Shown piece after piece: positions 32,286-42,227 of a stretch of 64,000 nt of DNA. Each line of letters starts with the position of its first letter. Positions within the stretch are counted from its first letter, which is position 1. The position numbers and the translations under genes are program-made. Source of the stretch: Candidatus Poribacteria bacterium (lineage in GTDB: Bacteria > Poribacteria > WGA-4E > WGA-3G). Below the pieces are notes generated by a model. The model worked only from the letters and a program-made list of their open reading frames with translations. It searched no databases and was not told where the DNA came from. The stretch is from positions 576,001 to 640,000 of the forward strand of contig OZ244048.1 in assembly GCA_965215265.1 (NCBI GenBank), read 5' to 3'.

Positions 32286-32798
32286 TTACAACACATTAAA
32301 TTTCCGCTTGATAAATTCTACAACAATCGGCGGGACCATCTCCAACAGTTTTTCCTCACTGACTTTTCCCTGTCCCATCTCTACAACCTCCATGACAAGT
32401 GTCGAGCTAATATGCGCATACTCGGTATTCGCCATCATAAAGAGCGTATCAATATCCGGGGCGATGTGCTGATTCATCCGTGCCATTTTAAATTCCCACT
32501 CAAAGTCTGAGACTTCCCGCAACCCTCGAATGATAACGCACGCACCTTGTTTCTCTGCGTACTGTACTGTTAGACCTGTATACTGATTGATTTCGGCTTG
32601 TGGATGCGGTTGAATGACTGTCTCCAGCATCCGGATGCGTTGTTCAAGCGTGAAACGCGCGGCTTTGGCCGGGTTGGTGCCGATGGCAACAATGAGCCGG
32701 TCAAAGATACCAAGGTTACAAACCCGTCCAATGAGATCGGCGTGGCCGTTGGTAACCGGGTCAAAACTCGCAGGGAAGATAGCGGTTTTGGTGGACAT
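32286..32798 (-). CDS. coaD: Phosphopantetheine adenylyltransferase
   Basis: AIFPASFDPVTNGH, IIRGLR..SDFEWE, ISST; start at MSTKTA. Confidence 0.95.
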   Translation of the reverse strand: MSTKTAIFPASFDPVTNGHADLIGRVCNLGIFDRLIVAIGTNPAKAARFTLEQRIRMLETVIQPHPQAEINQYTGLTVQYAEKQGACVIIRGLREVSDFEWEFKMARMNQHIAPDIDTLFMMANTEYAHISSTLVMEVVEMGQGKVSEEKLLEMVPPIVVEFIKRKFNVL

Positions 32799-32820
32799 AT
32801 AGATTCCTTTTTGATGTAAA

Positions 32821-34908
32821 TTATGGAGTTTTAAGCAGTTCTGCTGCAAACTGATTGATGTCGAATTCCCGCCATGTCATGTTTCCATACATATCAATAG
32901 TAGATAATTGGACCTTGTTGATGTTCTTATACGGTAATTCAAATGCCACAGTAGTCTCTTTTTCACCATTCAATTTTTGCCACCCATGCAAGATGAATCC
33001 CCCTTTCTTCTTTTCCTCTATCCAGTACCTCTTGTTTCGTTGTTTATTCTGATTTATCTGGTATCCTGGTGGCGGCGTATAGGATGTTGGGGGGACCTGA
33101 AACTGAATTTGATGGATGCCATCGTTATCTGTTACGACAAACCGGAGACGTGTTATCTTGGGTTGTGCGGGAGTCGATGGTAATTTCTCACGAGAAGAAT
33201 TTTCTAACGCAGCCTCTTTAGATTTATTAATCGTTGCCCGTTCATTGAAAAAGGGTTGGTTAGGATTAAAGAAGCGACTTTTACTTAACCATTCTGCGGC
33301 ACATTTAGACAATCGGTTTTTGGTTTTGCCATAAGACATAATATGGTTGGGATGCCGAAAATCGTGTTCTAATCCAAAGGCGTGTCCGAGTTCATGTGCG
33401 ATAATCTCCCACTTAAGTTCTTCACGGGAATTGTAAATGAAAGCACTTCCGCCATGGGTTGCTCCCATCAATTCTTTATTATATAGAAATAGATGAGGAG
33501 AGCCTGTTCCGCTTATCTTATCACTTTTATTATTCACGACTACAACCCAGACATTCTTTGACCGATCAAAATGTTTAGAAATTTCCTGCTTGATTTTTGA
33601 TGCTGCGTTCCCGTCATAGTACTTTTGAGAGTATTGTCCTTTGACAAGATAAACTTTGGCTTTACCGCGAGCATCAGTTTCAAAAGTGAAGGTTTTTCTG
33701 CCGAATCCATGGTATTCCATCTGATCTGCGTAAAACCGCTGCACTTTACTGATGACCCTATTCAGTTTTACCCGGATGGTTCTCTGTGGTGTGCCATCAG
33801 ACGGCAAGAAGTAAATCATGCGAACGACATCAGCGTTCATCGTGTCAAGCGTTGCTAATTGCTGGGGTGTGACATCCCACAAGTAGAGAATTCCATTACT
33901 ATTGCCAGTAGCAAGTACGCTGCCGTCTCGTGAAAAGTCGACAGCGCGAGCGTCCTCCTCAAATAGTACGATGGGTGCACCATTCTCCACTGCCCATAGT
34001 CCTATTCCGTTAATATGGGCACCTGCCCACAGTTTTCGCTGTGGCGCGAACGCCAAATCCAAAGTCCTTCCACGCTGCACCTCACCATGCAGGTGCAGCT
34101 GAGGTAAAGTCAAAATGGCGTTCCCATCATATCCGCCACTCGCAAGGAATCGGTTATCAGGAGAAAACTTGACAGGTAGCGTCTTGTCTGGCACGCCTTT
34201 GAAGGACTTTATGAGCTGTGCACTCTCTATATCCCAGATATTCACGTTTCCGCCAGTGTCGCCGGCAACGAGCCAGTTGCCGTCCGGTGAAAAGTCAAGT
34301 CCAAATATTATATTTTTACCCTCGTCTAATTTGGAAGTCTCGTGAGGTAGCGTCCCTATTTTCGTTATCTCATTCGGATTCCGGATGTTCCAGAGCGTCA
34401 CGTATATAGCAGCACTAGCGAGTTGATGCCCAGTCGGAGAAATGGCAACAGTAGTGACAGGGATTCGACTAACAGAATTGATTTTCCTACCAGAGGAAAC
34501 ATCCCACAATATAGTACCATCTAAACTGCCACTAACAAGAAAATCTCCCGCCGGAGAAAAGGCGATGCATCTAACTGTCTTAGTATGACCGATGCAAGTT
34601 ATCTCATTCCCGTTGATGTGATTCCAGAGTTTAATAGTGTTATCGGCGCCTGCACTCGCAACGAGAGAAGAATTCACCGGTGAAACAGCCACAGAGTGAA
34701 TATCAGCCCCATGATTAAACTCCGCGTACGGATTTACCTTTTCTGGTGGTTTTGCAAATGTCCAGTTGGAATTTTGCAGCCACGTGAAAAAATCAACCAA
34801 CTCAGTAATAGTGAAAGTACGGAAGAAATAGTCAATCACGCCAAAAAGCACGAATACAAGGCACAATCTCATTATTACCGATTTAAGCTGTTTTTGATGG
34901 GATTCCAC
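32821..34908 (-). CDS. WD40 beta-propeller plus metzincin-type metallopeptidase domain protein
   Basis: WD40 repeats (VAVSP..LVASAGADNTIKLW) followed by HELGHAFGLEH..IMSY. Confidence 0.85.
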   Translation of the reverse strand: MESHQKQLKSVIMRLCLVFVLFGVIDYFFRTFTITELVDFFTWLQNSNWTFAKPPEKVNPYAEFNHGADIHSVAVSPVNSSLVASAGADNTIKLWNHINGNEITCIGHTKTVRCIAFSPAGDFLVSGSLDGTILWDVSSGRKINSVSRIPVTTVAISPTGHQLASAAIYVTLWNIRNPNEITKIGTLPHETSKLDEGKNIIFGLDFSPDGNWLVAGDTGGNVNIWDIESAQLIKSFKGVPDKTLPVKFSPDNRFLASGGYDGNAILTLPQLHLHGEVQRGRTLDLAFAPQRKLWAGAHINGIGLWAVENGAPIVLFEEDARAVDFSRDGSVLATGNSNGILYLWDVTPQQLATLDTMNADVVRMIYFLPSDGTPQRTIRVKLNRVISKVQRFYADQMEYHGFGRKTFTFETDARGKAKVYLVKGQYSQKYYDGNAASKIKQEISKHFDRSKNVWVVVVNNKSDKISGTGSPHLFLYNKELMGATHGGSAFIYNSREELKWEIIAHELGHAFGLEHDFRHPNHIMSYGKTKNRLSKCAAEWLSKSRFFNPNQPFFNERATINKSKEAALENSSREKLPSTPAQPKITRLRFVVTDNDGIHQIQFQVPPTSYTPPPGYQINQNKQRNKRYWIEEKKKGGFILHGWQKLNGEKETTVAFELPYKNINKVQLSTIDMYGNMTWREFDINQFAAELLKTP

Positions 34909-35139
34909 ATCAGGCGACTCCTATGAGCATTCTTTAAGTTTTATAGCATTATAGCAGAAAAAAAGGTGATGGGCAAGTCCGAGAAGTTAATCTCAGACCG
35001 GACGGCCAAATCCGACTGTGATGAAGGGCGGAACATGTTCACGTAATTGAAAACCAAATTGTACTATGGCGAACATTAGTTTGTATTTTTAACGAACGTG
35101 TGATATAATGGTATCATTATATACTAAGGAGGCAAGACA

Positions 35140-35769
35140 ATGGGAAAAATTAATACACTCGTTTTCGCAGGTGGTGCGATTCATGATTGGAAAGGCTGCA
35201 GTGACGAAATTGTGAAAGCCCTCTCACAGCGAGATGAATTTGAAATTACCAGAGTTGAAGAAGATCTGGATGCGCTGATTTCGCCCAACCTAGATGCTTA
35301 CGACCTTGTCGTTTTTTATTATACGATAGGCGAGATTTCAGATGCCCAGAAGAACGGCTTACTCAATCATATCGCGTCCGGCAAGGGTTATGTAGGTGTG
35401 CATTCGGCGGCGGATTCGTTCCGGGGATGTCCCGAGTACCGTTCCATGGTTGGTGGTTATTTTGTAACGCACCCGCGCTACCGTGAATATCAGGTTAGCA
35501 TCGTCGATAACGAACACGATATTACGAAAGGCCTTGATGAATTCGTTGTCACAGATGAGCAGTACATTCTTGATTACGATACTAGGAATCATGTACTTGC
35601 ATCAGCCTTGTGGAAAGGCGATGCAGTGCCTGTAGCGTGGACCAAGAATTGGGGCGAGGGCCGTGTTTTCTATCTGGCACTGGGCCATGATGCTTCAGCA
35701 TGTCAGCATGAAATGTTTGGTACGCTGCTGCAGCGGGGCGCTCTCTGGGCAGGCAGCAACAATGCTTAA
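35140..35769 (+). CDS. ThuA domain protein
   Basis: HDW, GKGYVGVHSA, F.THP, DEQY, GRVFYLALGH. Confidence 0.9.
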   Translation: MGKINTLVFAGGAIHDWKGCSDEIVKALSQRDEFEITRVEEDLDALISPNLDAYDLVVFYYTIGEISDAQKNGLLNHIASGKGYVGVHSAADSFRGCPEYRSMVGGYFVTHPRYREYQVSIVDNEHDITKGLDEFVVTDEQYILDYDTRNHVLASALWKGDAVPVAWTKNWGEGRVFYLALGHDASACQHEMFGTLLQRGALWAGSNNA

Positions 35770-35987
35770 GCACAAGTTTTTAGAGAGATAGCACCTCAAA
35801 CGCACATTATCTATGTCTAGCACAAAGATAGTTTTCAGGTAGGGCACGGGAAGACGCACTGACAGCGCGTGCTGCGGCGCGCTTACAAAAATCAGAAAAT
35901 CGTCTCCTATTCTTGCGCACAGCAGGCAAAATATCTCTGAGAGACGACTAATACCGACGCGTCTCTCAGCCGTTTCTACGACAAAAG

Positions 35988-36611
35988 ATGAAACAGAAAA
36001 TCACCAATATTCAGGTACTACCTGAAATGCCTACGCATTGTCAACTTTTCCTGGACGGCAAACCCTTTGTCGTTGCTCAGACTGCTCTGATTGTCAATTC
36101 CGGTTTGCGCGTCGGGCTGGAAATTGAGGCAGAAATCGTCGACAGGCTCATCGCTGCCGACGAGGTGATACGGGCGAAAAACTATGCACTCAGTCTGCTC
36201 CGGGAAGAAATCCAGAGTAAAGGACAGATGGAAACCCGGCTTGAACAAGAAGGTTTTACAGAACAAGCCATTCACACCGTCATTACCGAATTAATTCAGG
36301 CCGGGAACATCCGAGACCGGAAGTATGCTGAGAATTGGGTGCGGCGGCGGCAAAAATCAAATCCGCGTGGGAAAACCGTGTTGAAGCAGGAACTCGTTGA
36401 GAGAGGTATAGACCTCAAAACCGCTGAAAAGGTTGTAGCTGAGGTAGAAATAGAAGATGAGGAACGGCTGGCACTGGAGCTGGCACAAAAACGGGCGAAG
36501 CAGTATAAGCGGCTGCCGCTGCACGTGGCGAAACGGCGTTTACATGGCGTACTAGCGCGGCGCGGGTTTGACGCAGAAACCATTCAGCAGGTTCTTAATC
36601 AAGTTTTTTAA
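35988..36611 (+). CDS. recX: Regulatory protein RecX
   Basis: DRKYAENWV, G..VLKQEL..RGI, LARRGF; directly upstream of alaS. Confidence 0.85.
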   Translation: MKQKITNIQVLPEMPTHCQLFLDGKPFVVAQTALIVNSGLRVGLEIEAEIVDRLIAADEVIRAKNYALSLLREEIQSKGQMETRLEQEGFTEQAIHTVITELIQAGNIRDRKYAENWVRRRQKSNPRGKTVLKQELVERGIDLKTAEKVVAEVEIEDEERLALELAQKRAKQYKRLPLHVAKRRLHGVLARRGFDAETIQQVLNQVF

Positions 36612-36681
36612 TATGGCGTTACTGAAAGCACAAGACGGAGCTAAAACCGAACGCCCAGACAAACTGCCCCAAAATATTTTC

Positions 36682-36710
36682 TTGACTTCTCTGCGGAAAT
36701 GGGGTATAAT
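36682..36710 (+). promoter_or_regulatory. sigma70 promoter for alaS
   Basis: TTGACT-N17-TATAAT. Confidence 0.7.
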
Positions 36711-36735
36711 GAAATAAAGGGGAGCAAGTTGGAAG

Positions 36736-39399
36736 ATGACATCAGATGAAATCAGAACCAGTTTTTTAGAGTACTTCCGTAAGCACGGGCACACAGTCGT
36801 CCCGAGTGCATCGCTTATACCCGCAGGCGATGAAACGTTGCTGTTTACGAACGCAGGGATGAACCAATTCAAAGAGGTTTTTCTCGGAATTGGACAGCGC
36901 GAATATACGCGTGCCGTCGATACGCAGAAATGCCTACGCGTCAGCGGTAAACACAACGATTTGGAAGAGGTCGGATACTCACCAAGCCACCATACCTTCT
37001 TTGAAATGCTCGGAAACTGGTCTTTCGGGGATTATTACAAACAGGAAGCCATCGCTTTTGCCTGGGAATTGGTTACTGAACTCTGGAAAATTCCACAAGA
37101 ACTTTTGTGGGCTACGGTATATATTGACGATGACGAGTCAGAAAAACTCTGGCTCCAAGAGACAGAGCTCCCCCTTTCACGTATCCGCCGTTGTGAAAAG
37201 GACAATTTCTGGGAAATGGGCGAGACCGGCCCTTGCGGCCCGTGTAGTGAACTTTTTATCGATATGGGTGTGGATGCCTTTCCTGAAACTGCAAATGATC
37301 CGGACGCAGGCCCCAACACAAGCGACCGGTTCCGCGAATTCTGGAATCTGGTGTTTATCCAATACAATCGCGATGAAAAGGGAACCCTGTCGCCACTGCC
37401 TGCAACGCATGTAGATACAGGGATGGGTTTCGAACGGATTACCTCCATCTTGCAAGGAGTTGATTCTAACTACAAAACAGATCTGTTTACGCCGCTCTTA
37501 GCGACGATTTCTGATATGACAAATACTGCCTATTTTGACGATGAACGCGGGTTGCCGCATCGCGTAATTGCAGACCACGTACGATGCTTAACGTTCGCCA
37601 TCGGGGACGGTGTCATGCCGTCTAACGAGGGGCGCGGGTACGTCATCCGGCGAATTTTGCGGCGTGCGGTACTATACGGTAAAAAACTACAGATGAATGA
37701 AGCGTTCATCTACCAACTTGTGGACAAAGTCATCGGCTTGCTCGGCGATGTTTTCCCTGATGTGATGCCGCGCTACGATTTTATCAAAAAAACAATTCAA
37801 GCCGAAGAGAGCCGCTTCCATCAAACATTGGAGCGCGGCTTGGAGATGCTGGACCTGTCTTTAGAGGAACTCGCCGCTGAAGATAAGACGTGCCTTGACG
37901 GCAAACGTGCGTTTGAACTTTACGATACGTTTGGATTTCCACTCGATTTGACGCAGATTTTAGCACGCGAACGTGGATTTTCTATTGATGAAGCTAGCTT
38001 TGAGACGAGCATGGAAGCGCAACGTGAACGTGGGCGCGCGGCATGGCAGGCAGCAGGCGGTGGCGTAAAAGATGCTGAGGTTTCCGTATATGCAGAAGTA
38101 CTCAAAGAAGGCAGCGCTACTGAATTTGTCGGTTACACGCAAGAGAGTACGGAAGCAGAAATTGTCGCCTTAATCGCTGACAAGGAATCGGTAGCAAGTG
38201 CAAAACAGGGAGACAAGGTGGCCGTACTGCTCAACCGCACACCTTTTTACGGAGAAGCCGGCGGCCAGGTCGGCGATATCGGCACGCTTGAAAGCCAGAA
38301 TGCAAAATTGGCGGTATTAGATACACTTAAACCTTCTGCTGATTTAACTGTACACCACTGCAAGGTACTTGAAGGGGAGCTCACACCGTATACGACTGTG
38401 CACGCCCAAATTGATGTGGCACACCGAAACGCGGTAACTGTGAGCCACACCGCTACACATCTCTTACACAGTGGTTTGCGACACATCCTTGGAACGCACG
38501 TCGGACAAGCAGGTTCACTCGTTGAAGCCGGTAGATTACGATTCGATTTTTCACATTACGAAGCCGTTTCATCAGCAGATTTGCGCGAAATTGAGGACTT
38601 TGTCAACCAAAAAATTCGTGAGAATGACGAACTCCGTATTGCCGAGATGCTGTTAGACGAGGCCAAATCCCGTGGCGCGCTCGCCTTCTTCGGCGATAAA
38701 TATGGTGACACCGTCCGTGTCGTACAAGCCGGTACATACAGCATTGAGTTATGCGGCGGCACGCACGTCCAAGCGACGGGTGACCTCGGTTTTGTTAAAC
38801 TGATAAGCGAGAGCAGCATCGCCGCGGGGGTTCGCCGCGTTGAAGCACTCACCGGCGAAGCAGCCACGGCAGCGGTTCAGGATGACTATGCCCTCCTTGG
38901 GAACCTTGCCAACTTGCTGAAGACTCCTAAAACCAGTTTGACGGAACGGGTTGAACGGCTACTTCAAGAACAGCGTGAATTAGAGCAACAACTCCGACAG
39001 TTGAAAGGACAGATAGCCGTTTCTAACATCAGCACTTTAGTGGAATCGGCGAAGGTCATAGAAGGGGTGAAACTTGTCGCCTCGCGCGTAGAAGGTACGG
39101 ATAGGAACGGCTTGCGCCGGCTGGTTGATGAGCTCAAAACGCGCCTTGAATCTGGCGTTGTCGTACTCGCCTCTGTGACGAATGGAGAGATAGCGTTCGT
39201 TGTGGGCGTAACTGCAGAACTGGTTAAGACACGTGGGTTGCATGCCGGTAAAATTATTGCAGAAGTCGCCGATATTGCCGATGGCCGCGGCGGGGGCCGC
39301 CCGGAACTCGCGCAAGGTGGCGGCAAAAATCTTAGTCAACTGGAAACGGCAATTCAAGCCGCAGAAAACATCGTTGGAAAACATCTTGGAACATGCTAA
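36736..39399 (+). CDS. alaS: Alanine--tRNA ligase
   Basis: LLFTNAGMNQFK, HHTFFEMLGNWSFGDY, DTGMGFER, HTATHLL, ELCGGTHV, GGGRPELAQGGG. Confidence 0.98.
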   Translation: MTSDEIRTSFLEYFRKHGHTVVPSASLIPAGDETLLFTNAGMNQFKEVFLGIGQREYTRAVDTQKCLRVSGKHNDLEEVGYSPSHHTFFEMLGNWSFGDYYKQEAIAFAWELVTELWKIPQELLWATVYIDDDESEKLWLQETELPLSRIRRCEKDNFWEMGETGPCGPCSELFIDMGVDAFPETANDPDAGPNTSDRFREFWNLVFIQYNRDEKGTLSPLPATHVDTGMGFERITSILQGVDSNYKTDLFTPLLATISDMTNTAYFDDERGLPHRVIADHVRCLTFAIGDGVMPSNEGRGYVIRRILRRAVLYGKKLQMNEAFIYQLVDKVIGLLGDVFPDVMPRYDFIKKTIQAEESRFHQTLERGLEMLDLSLEELAAEDKTCLDGKRAFELYDTFGFPLDLTQILARERGFSIDEASFETSMEAQRERGRAAWQAAGGGVKDAEVSVYAEVLKEGSATEFVGYTQESTEAEIVALIADKESVASAKQGDKVAVLLNRTPFYGEAGGQVGDIGTLESQNAKLAVLDTLKPSADLTVHHCKVLEGELTPYTTVHAQIDVAHRNAVTVSHTATHLLHSGLRHILGTHVGQAGSLVEAGRLRFDFSHYEAVSSADLREIEDFVNQKIRENDELRIAEMLLDEAKSRGALAFFGDKYGDTVRVVQAGTYSIELCGGTHVQATGDLGFVKLISESSIAAGVRRVEALTGEAATAAVQDDYALLGNLANLLKTPKTSLTERVERLLQEQRELEQQLRQLKGQIAVSNISTLVESAKVIEGVKLVASRVEGTDRNGLRRLVDELKTRLESGVVVLASVTNGEIAFVVGVTAELVKTRGLHAGKIIAEVADIADGRGGGRPELAQGGGKNLSQLETAIQAAENIVGKHLGTC

Positions 39400-39445
39400 A
39401 GGGGCTCGATGATGCCCCTCATGCTGAGATTAAGAAGGAGAAGTT

Positions 39446-39994
39446 ATGGATTGGGCGATAGTCGCTTCACTGTTTTGGAAAATCGGCCTCGGTATTTTTC
39501 TACTTGCCTTGACAGTACTCGCTGGCTATATGTGTGCAACCTTTGGCAGCCTCCGAAACTCGCTAAATAGCATCCAAAACACACTGAATTCTACCGAAAA
39601 TCTCGTGAATCAAGAACTCGGAGAATTGATTAATGAGATGCATCAGACTGTCAAAGAGGTGAACAAAGAATTACCGGAATTGCTACAAAATCTAAACGGA
39701 TTGACAGCTTCGTTTCAAGACATTAGCAACTCTGAACTTCAACCGACCGCACATAATATTCAAGAGATGAGTGAGGCTCTGAACCAGAGCATTAGGGAGC
39801 TCAGTGCCTTAGTTGAAAAAGCGAGTCAGTTTTCGGGCCAGACGCTTGAACAAGCGACGTTTTTCCGAAACCAACTTGCGACATCCCTGGCGGAACTCCT
39901 AAGTTTATGGCAGGGAATCAAAGCAGGCTGGGAAAACTTCCGGTCGAATTCCTCACAACCCGCACCCGCGGATGAGGAAGACACTGCTGCATAG
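39446..39994 (+). CDS. DUF948/YoxC-like membrane-anchored coiled-coil protein
   Basis: N-terminal TM then heptad-rich helix; precedes a YtxH gene. Confidence 0.6.
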   Translation: MDWAIVASLFWKIGLGIFLLALTVLAGYMCATFGSLRNSLNSIQNTLNSTENLVNQELGELINEMHQTVKEVNKELPELLQNLNGLTASFQDISNSELQPTAHNIQEMSEALNQSIRELSALVEKASQFSGQTLEQATFFRNQLATSLAELLSLWQGIKAGWENFRSNSSQPAPADEEDTAA

Positions 39995-40157
39995 AAACAA
40001 AATGGCGAAAAAGGCAGAAGACGTTTACGCTGTCAGAATAGACCGAATCCTATTTCGTATATTCTAAACGTGTCGTACCACTTCTTACGAGAAAAACTGT
40101 AGCAAAAGATGTTTGAAAAAAACAATCTGAACCTAAACCTAATTGAAAGGAAAAAAA

Positions 40158-40568
40158 ATGAATAATAATGGACAGAACAGCGGGCTTGCAATGATATTCG
40201 CTTTCTTTACCGGTTTTTTAGCCGGGGCAGTTATCAGTCTACTCTATGCCCCCAGCTCAGGCAAGGAGACTCGCAAGAAGATACGCGAGAAATCCGTTGA
40301 TGCGAAAAACCGGACCGTAGAATTGGCACATCAAGCCTCCGAAAGCACACAAGAGAGCATTCATAACCTTGTTGAACAAGGTCGAGAAAATGTCCAAGGG
40401 CTCGTTGACCAAGGGAAAGAACGTCTTCATGATGCCGGTGAACAAGTAAAACAGGCTGTTGAAACAGGTCGACGTGTCTCCTCAGAGGTTCGCACGAAAC
40501 TGGCGAACTCCATTCCAAACATCAGCCAATCTGAAGAGGCTGATGAAGAAACGACCGAAAAATCCTAA
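40158..40568 (+). CDS. YtxH domain protein
   Basis: [24 protein letters not shown]. Confidence 0.88.
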   Translation: MNNNGQNSGLAMIFAFFTGFLAGAVISLLYAPSSGKETRKKIREKSVDAKNRTVELAHQASESTQESIHNLVEQGRENVQGLVDQGKERLHDAGEQVKQAVETGRRVSSEVRTKLANSIPNISQSEEADEETTEKS

Positions 40569-40584
40569 GGCACGTGTCTTTAGC

Positions 40585-41334
40585 ATGGAAACTGAAAAGT
40601 TAAGGACCCTGCTTGAACAGGTCGAACGCGGAGAGGTTGACGTGGATGAGGCCGTGCAATCTCTCCGCACACTTCCGTTTGAAGACTTAGGGTTCTCAAA
40701 AATAGATCATCATCGGCAGCTCCGAACTGGATTTCCAGAAGTCATCTTCTGTGAGGGGAAAACGGTGACGCAAGTGCAGCAGATTAGTGAACGCATCCTC
40801 GCAGCAGGCCATCCTCTCTTGGCGACACGCGCTACGCCTGAAATGTACAACAAGGTGAAGGAAATTCACACTGCTGCCCGGTATAATCCACTGGCTCGAA
40901 CTATCACTGTCTCACGTTTCGCTGAACAAGGCACTCCGGGTATTCTAATCGTCGCTGCCGGTACGTCCGATCTGCCGGTGGCTGAAGAAGCCGCTGAGAC
41001 GGCGCAGATTATGGGTAACTTCCCCGAACGTCTTTACGATGTCGGCGTTGCCGGGCTCCACCGTTTAATAGGCAACCATGACAAACTCCTCTCCGCAGAT
41101 GTCATCATCGTTGTTGCCGGGATGGAGGGTGCCTTGCCAAGCGTCGTTGGCGGATTGGTGGATAGTCCTGTAATTGCCGTGCCGACAAGCGTAGGTTACG
41201 GCGCTAATTTTGGTGGACTTGCGGCCTTATTGGGAATGCTCAATAGTTGTGCTTCGGGTGTTACCGTGGTCAATATAGACAACGGCTTCGGGGCAGGCTA
41301 TAGTGCTTCGCTTATGAATCGTCTCAGGACTTAG
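40585..41334 (+). CDS. larB: LarB-like nickel pincer cofactor biosynthesis protein (PurE-related)
   Basis: [60 protein letters not shown]. Confidence 0.9.
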   Translation: METEKLRTLLEQVERGEVDVDEAVQSLRTLPFEDLGFSKIDHHRQLRTGFPEVIFCEGKTVTQVQQISERILAAGHPLLATRATPEMYNKVKEIHTAARYNPLARTITVSRFAEQGTPGILIVAAGTSDLPVAEEAAETAQIMGNFPERLYDVGVAGLHRLIGNHDKLLSADVIIVVAGMEGALPSVVGGLVDSPVIAVPTSVGYGANFGGLAALLGMLNSCASGVTVVNIDNGFGAGYSASLMNRLRT

Positions 41335-41388
41335 TTTACAAGCCTATCTTCAAAAGTCAGCCCCTAAAAAACTCTCATATCTCTTTCT

Positions 41389-42004
41389 CTATTCCTCTCC
41401 GTCCTTACGTTTAACCTTCAACTCAATAACTTGACTGCTCCCTTGCTGCCCGGCGCGTTCCGCTTTTAATCGGACGAATTCGGCATCTGAATCTGAATCA
41501 GTTTGAATGCTGAGTGTGATGATATCGTCTCCAATTTTACATCGAACGGTGTTTCCTAGTACTCGCGTGTGGGGTTTCCAGACAACGCCTGATGCTTGGG
41601 CGTAGGTAGTCAATCCTGCTTGGATCGCCTTTGAAATTGTGCCGTTGGCATTCCGTACCTGCTGCGCAGCTTTCGCGGCATCGTTTGCAGCGGCTGATAG
41701 GCGCGTTCGGACCGGTTCATCAGATTCATCTGGCTCCATTTTACTTTTTCGCACGGCGAAGTAGATAGCAGTTGCCAGAATTCCGACAAATCCGGCGGTT
41801 ATCAGTAAAACAGTAACTTGTAATTCGCGACGGCGTGCCATGCTTTCAAAATCCTCACGATGGTGAGGATAGATGGCATCGTGAGCAGATAGCACGGGAC
41901 TCCAGCACAAAAAAAATCCGATAAACAGCATCGCGAAAATGTAGCAAACCATAGCGTGCCGTCTGCAACCGCAGATTGTAACGTCAGGACGTATCTTAGC
42001 CATA
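41389..42004 (-). CDS. Hypothetical membrane/exported protein
   Basis: Long ORF with a signal-like segment and one TM; start uncertain (up to 42147). Confidence 0.5.
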
Positions 42005-42227
42005 TCCCATTGCCTTAAATTGTCTTGTCTGCTTTTCCATATACAATATACCATATACAATGAGATAGCGTTACTACAATCCCACCGCATATCAGTATAA
42101 CAAAAAGCAGGGGACGGATCAAGATCCAATTTGGATATTATTTCCATCTTTTGTCTGAATCAGGATTAACAGGATTTTAAGATTCTCATGAGAACGGTTC
42201 TGCAAAAAACTTGACAGATTATGGATT

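Noticed and set aside
40023-40033. 11-nt match to the repeat start (GTTTACGCTGT)
   Set aside because: Too short, no extension, and far from the locus; probably chance.
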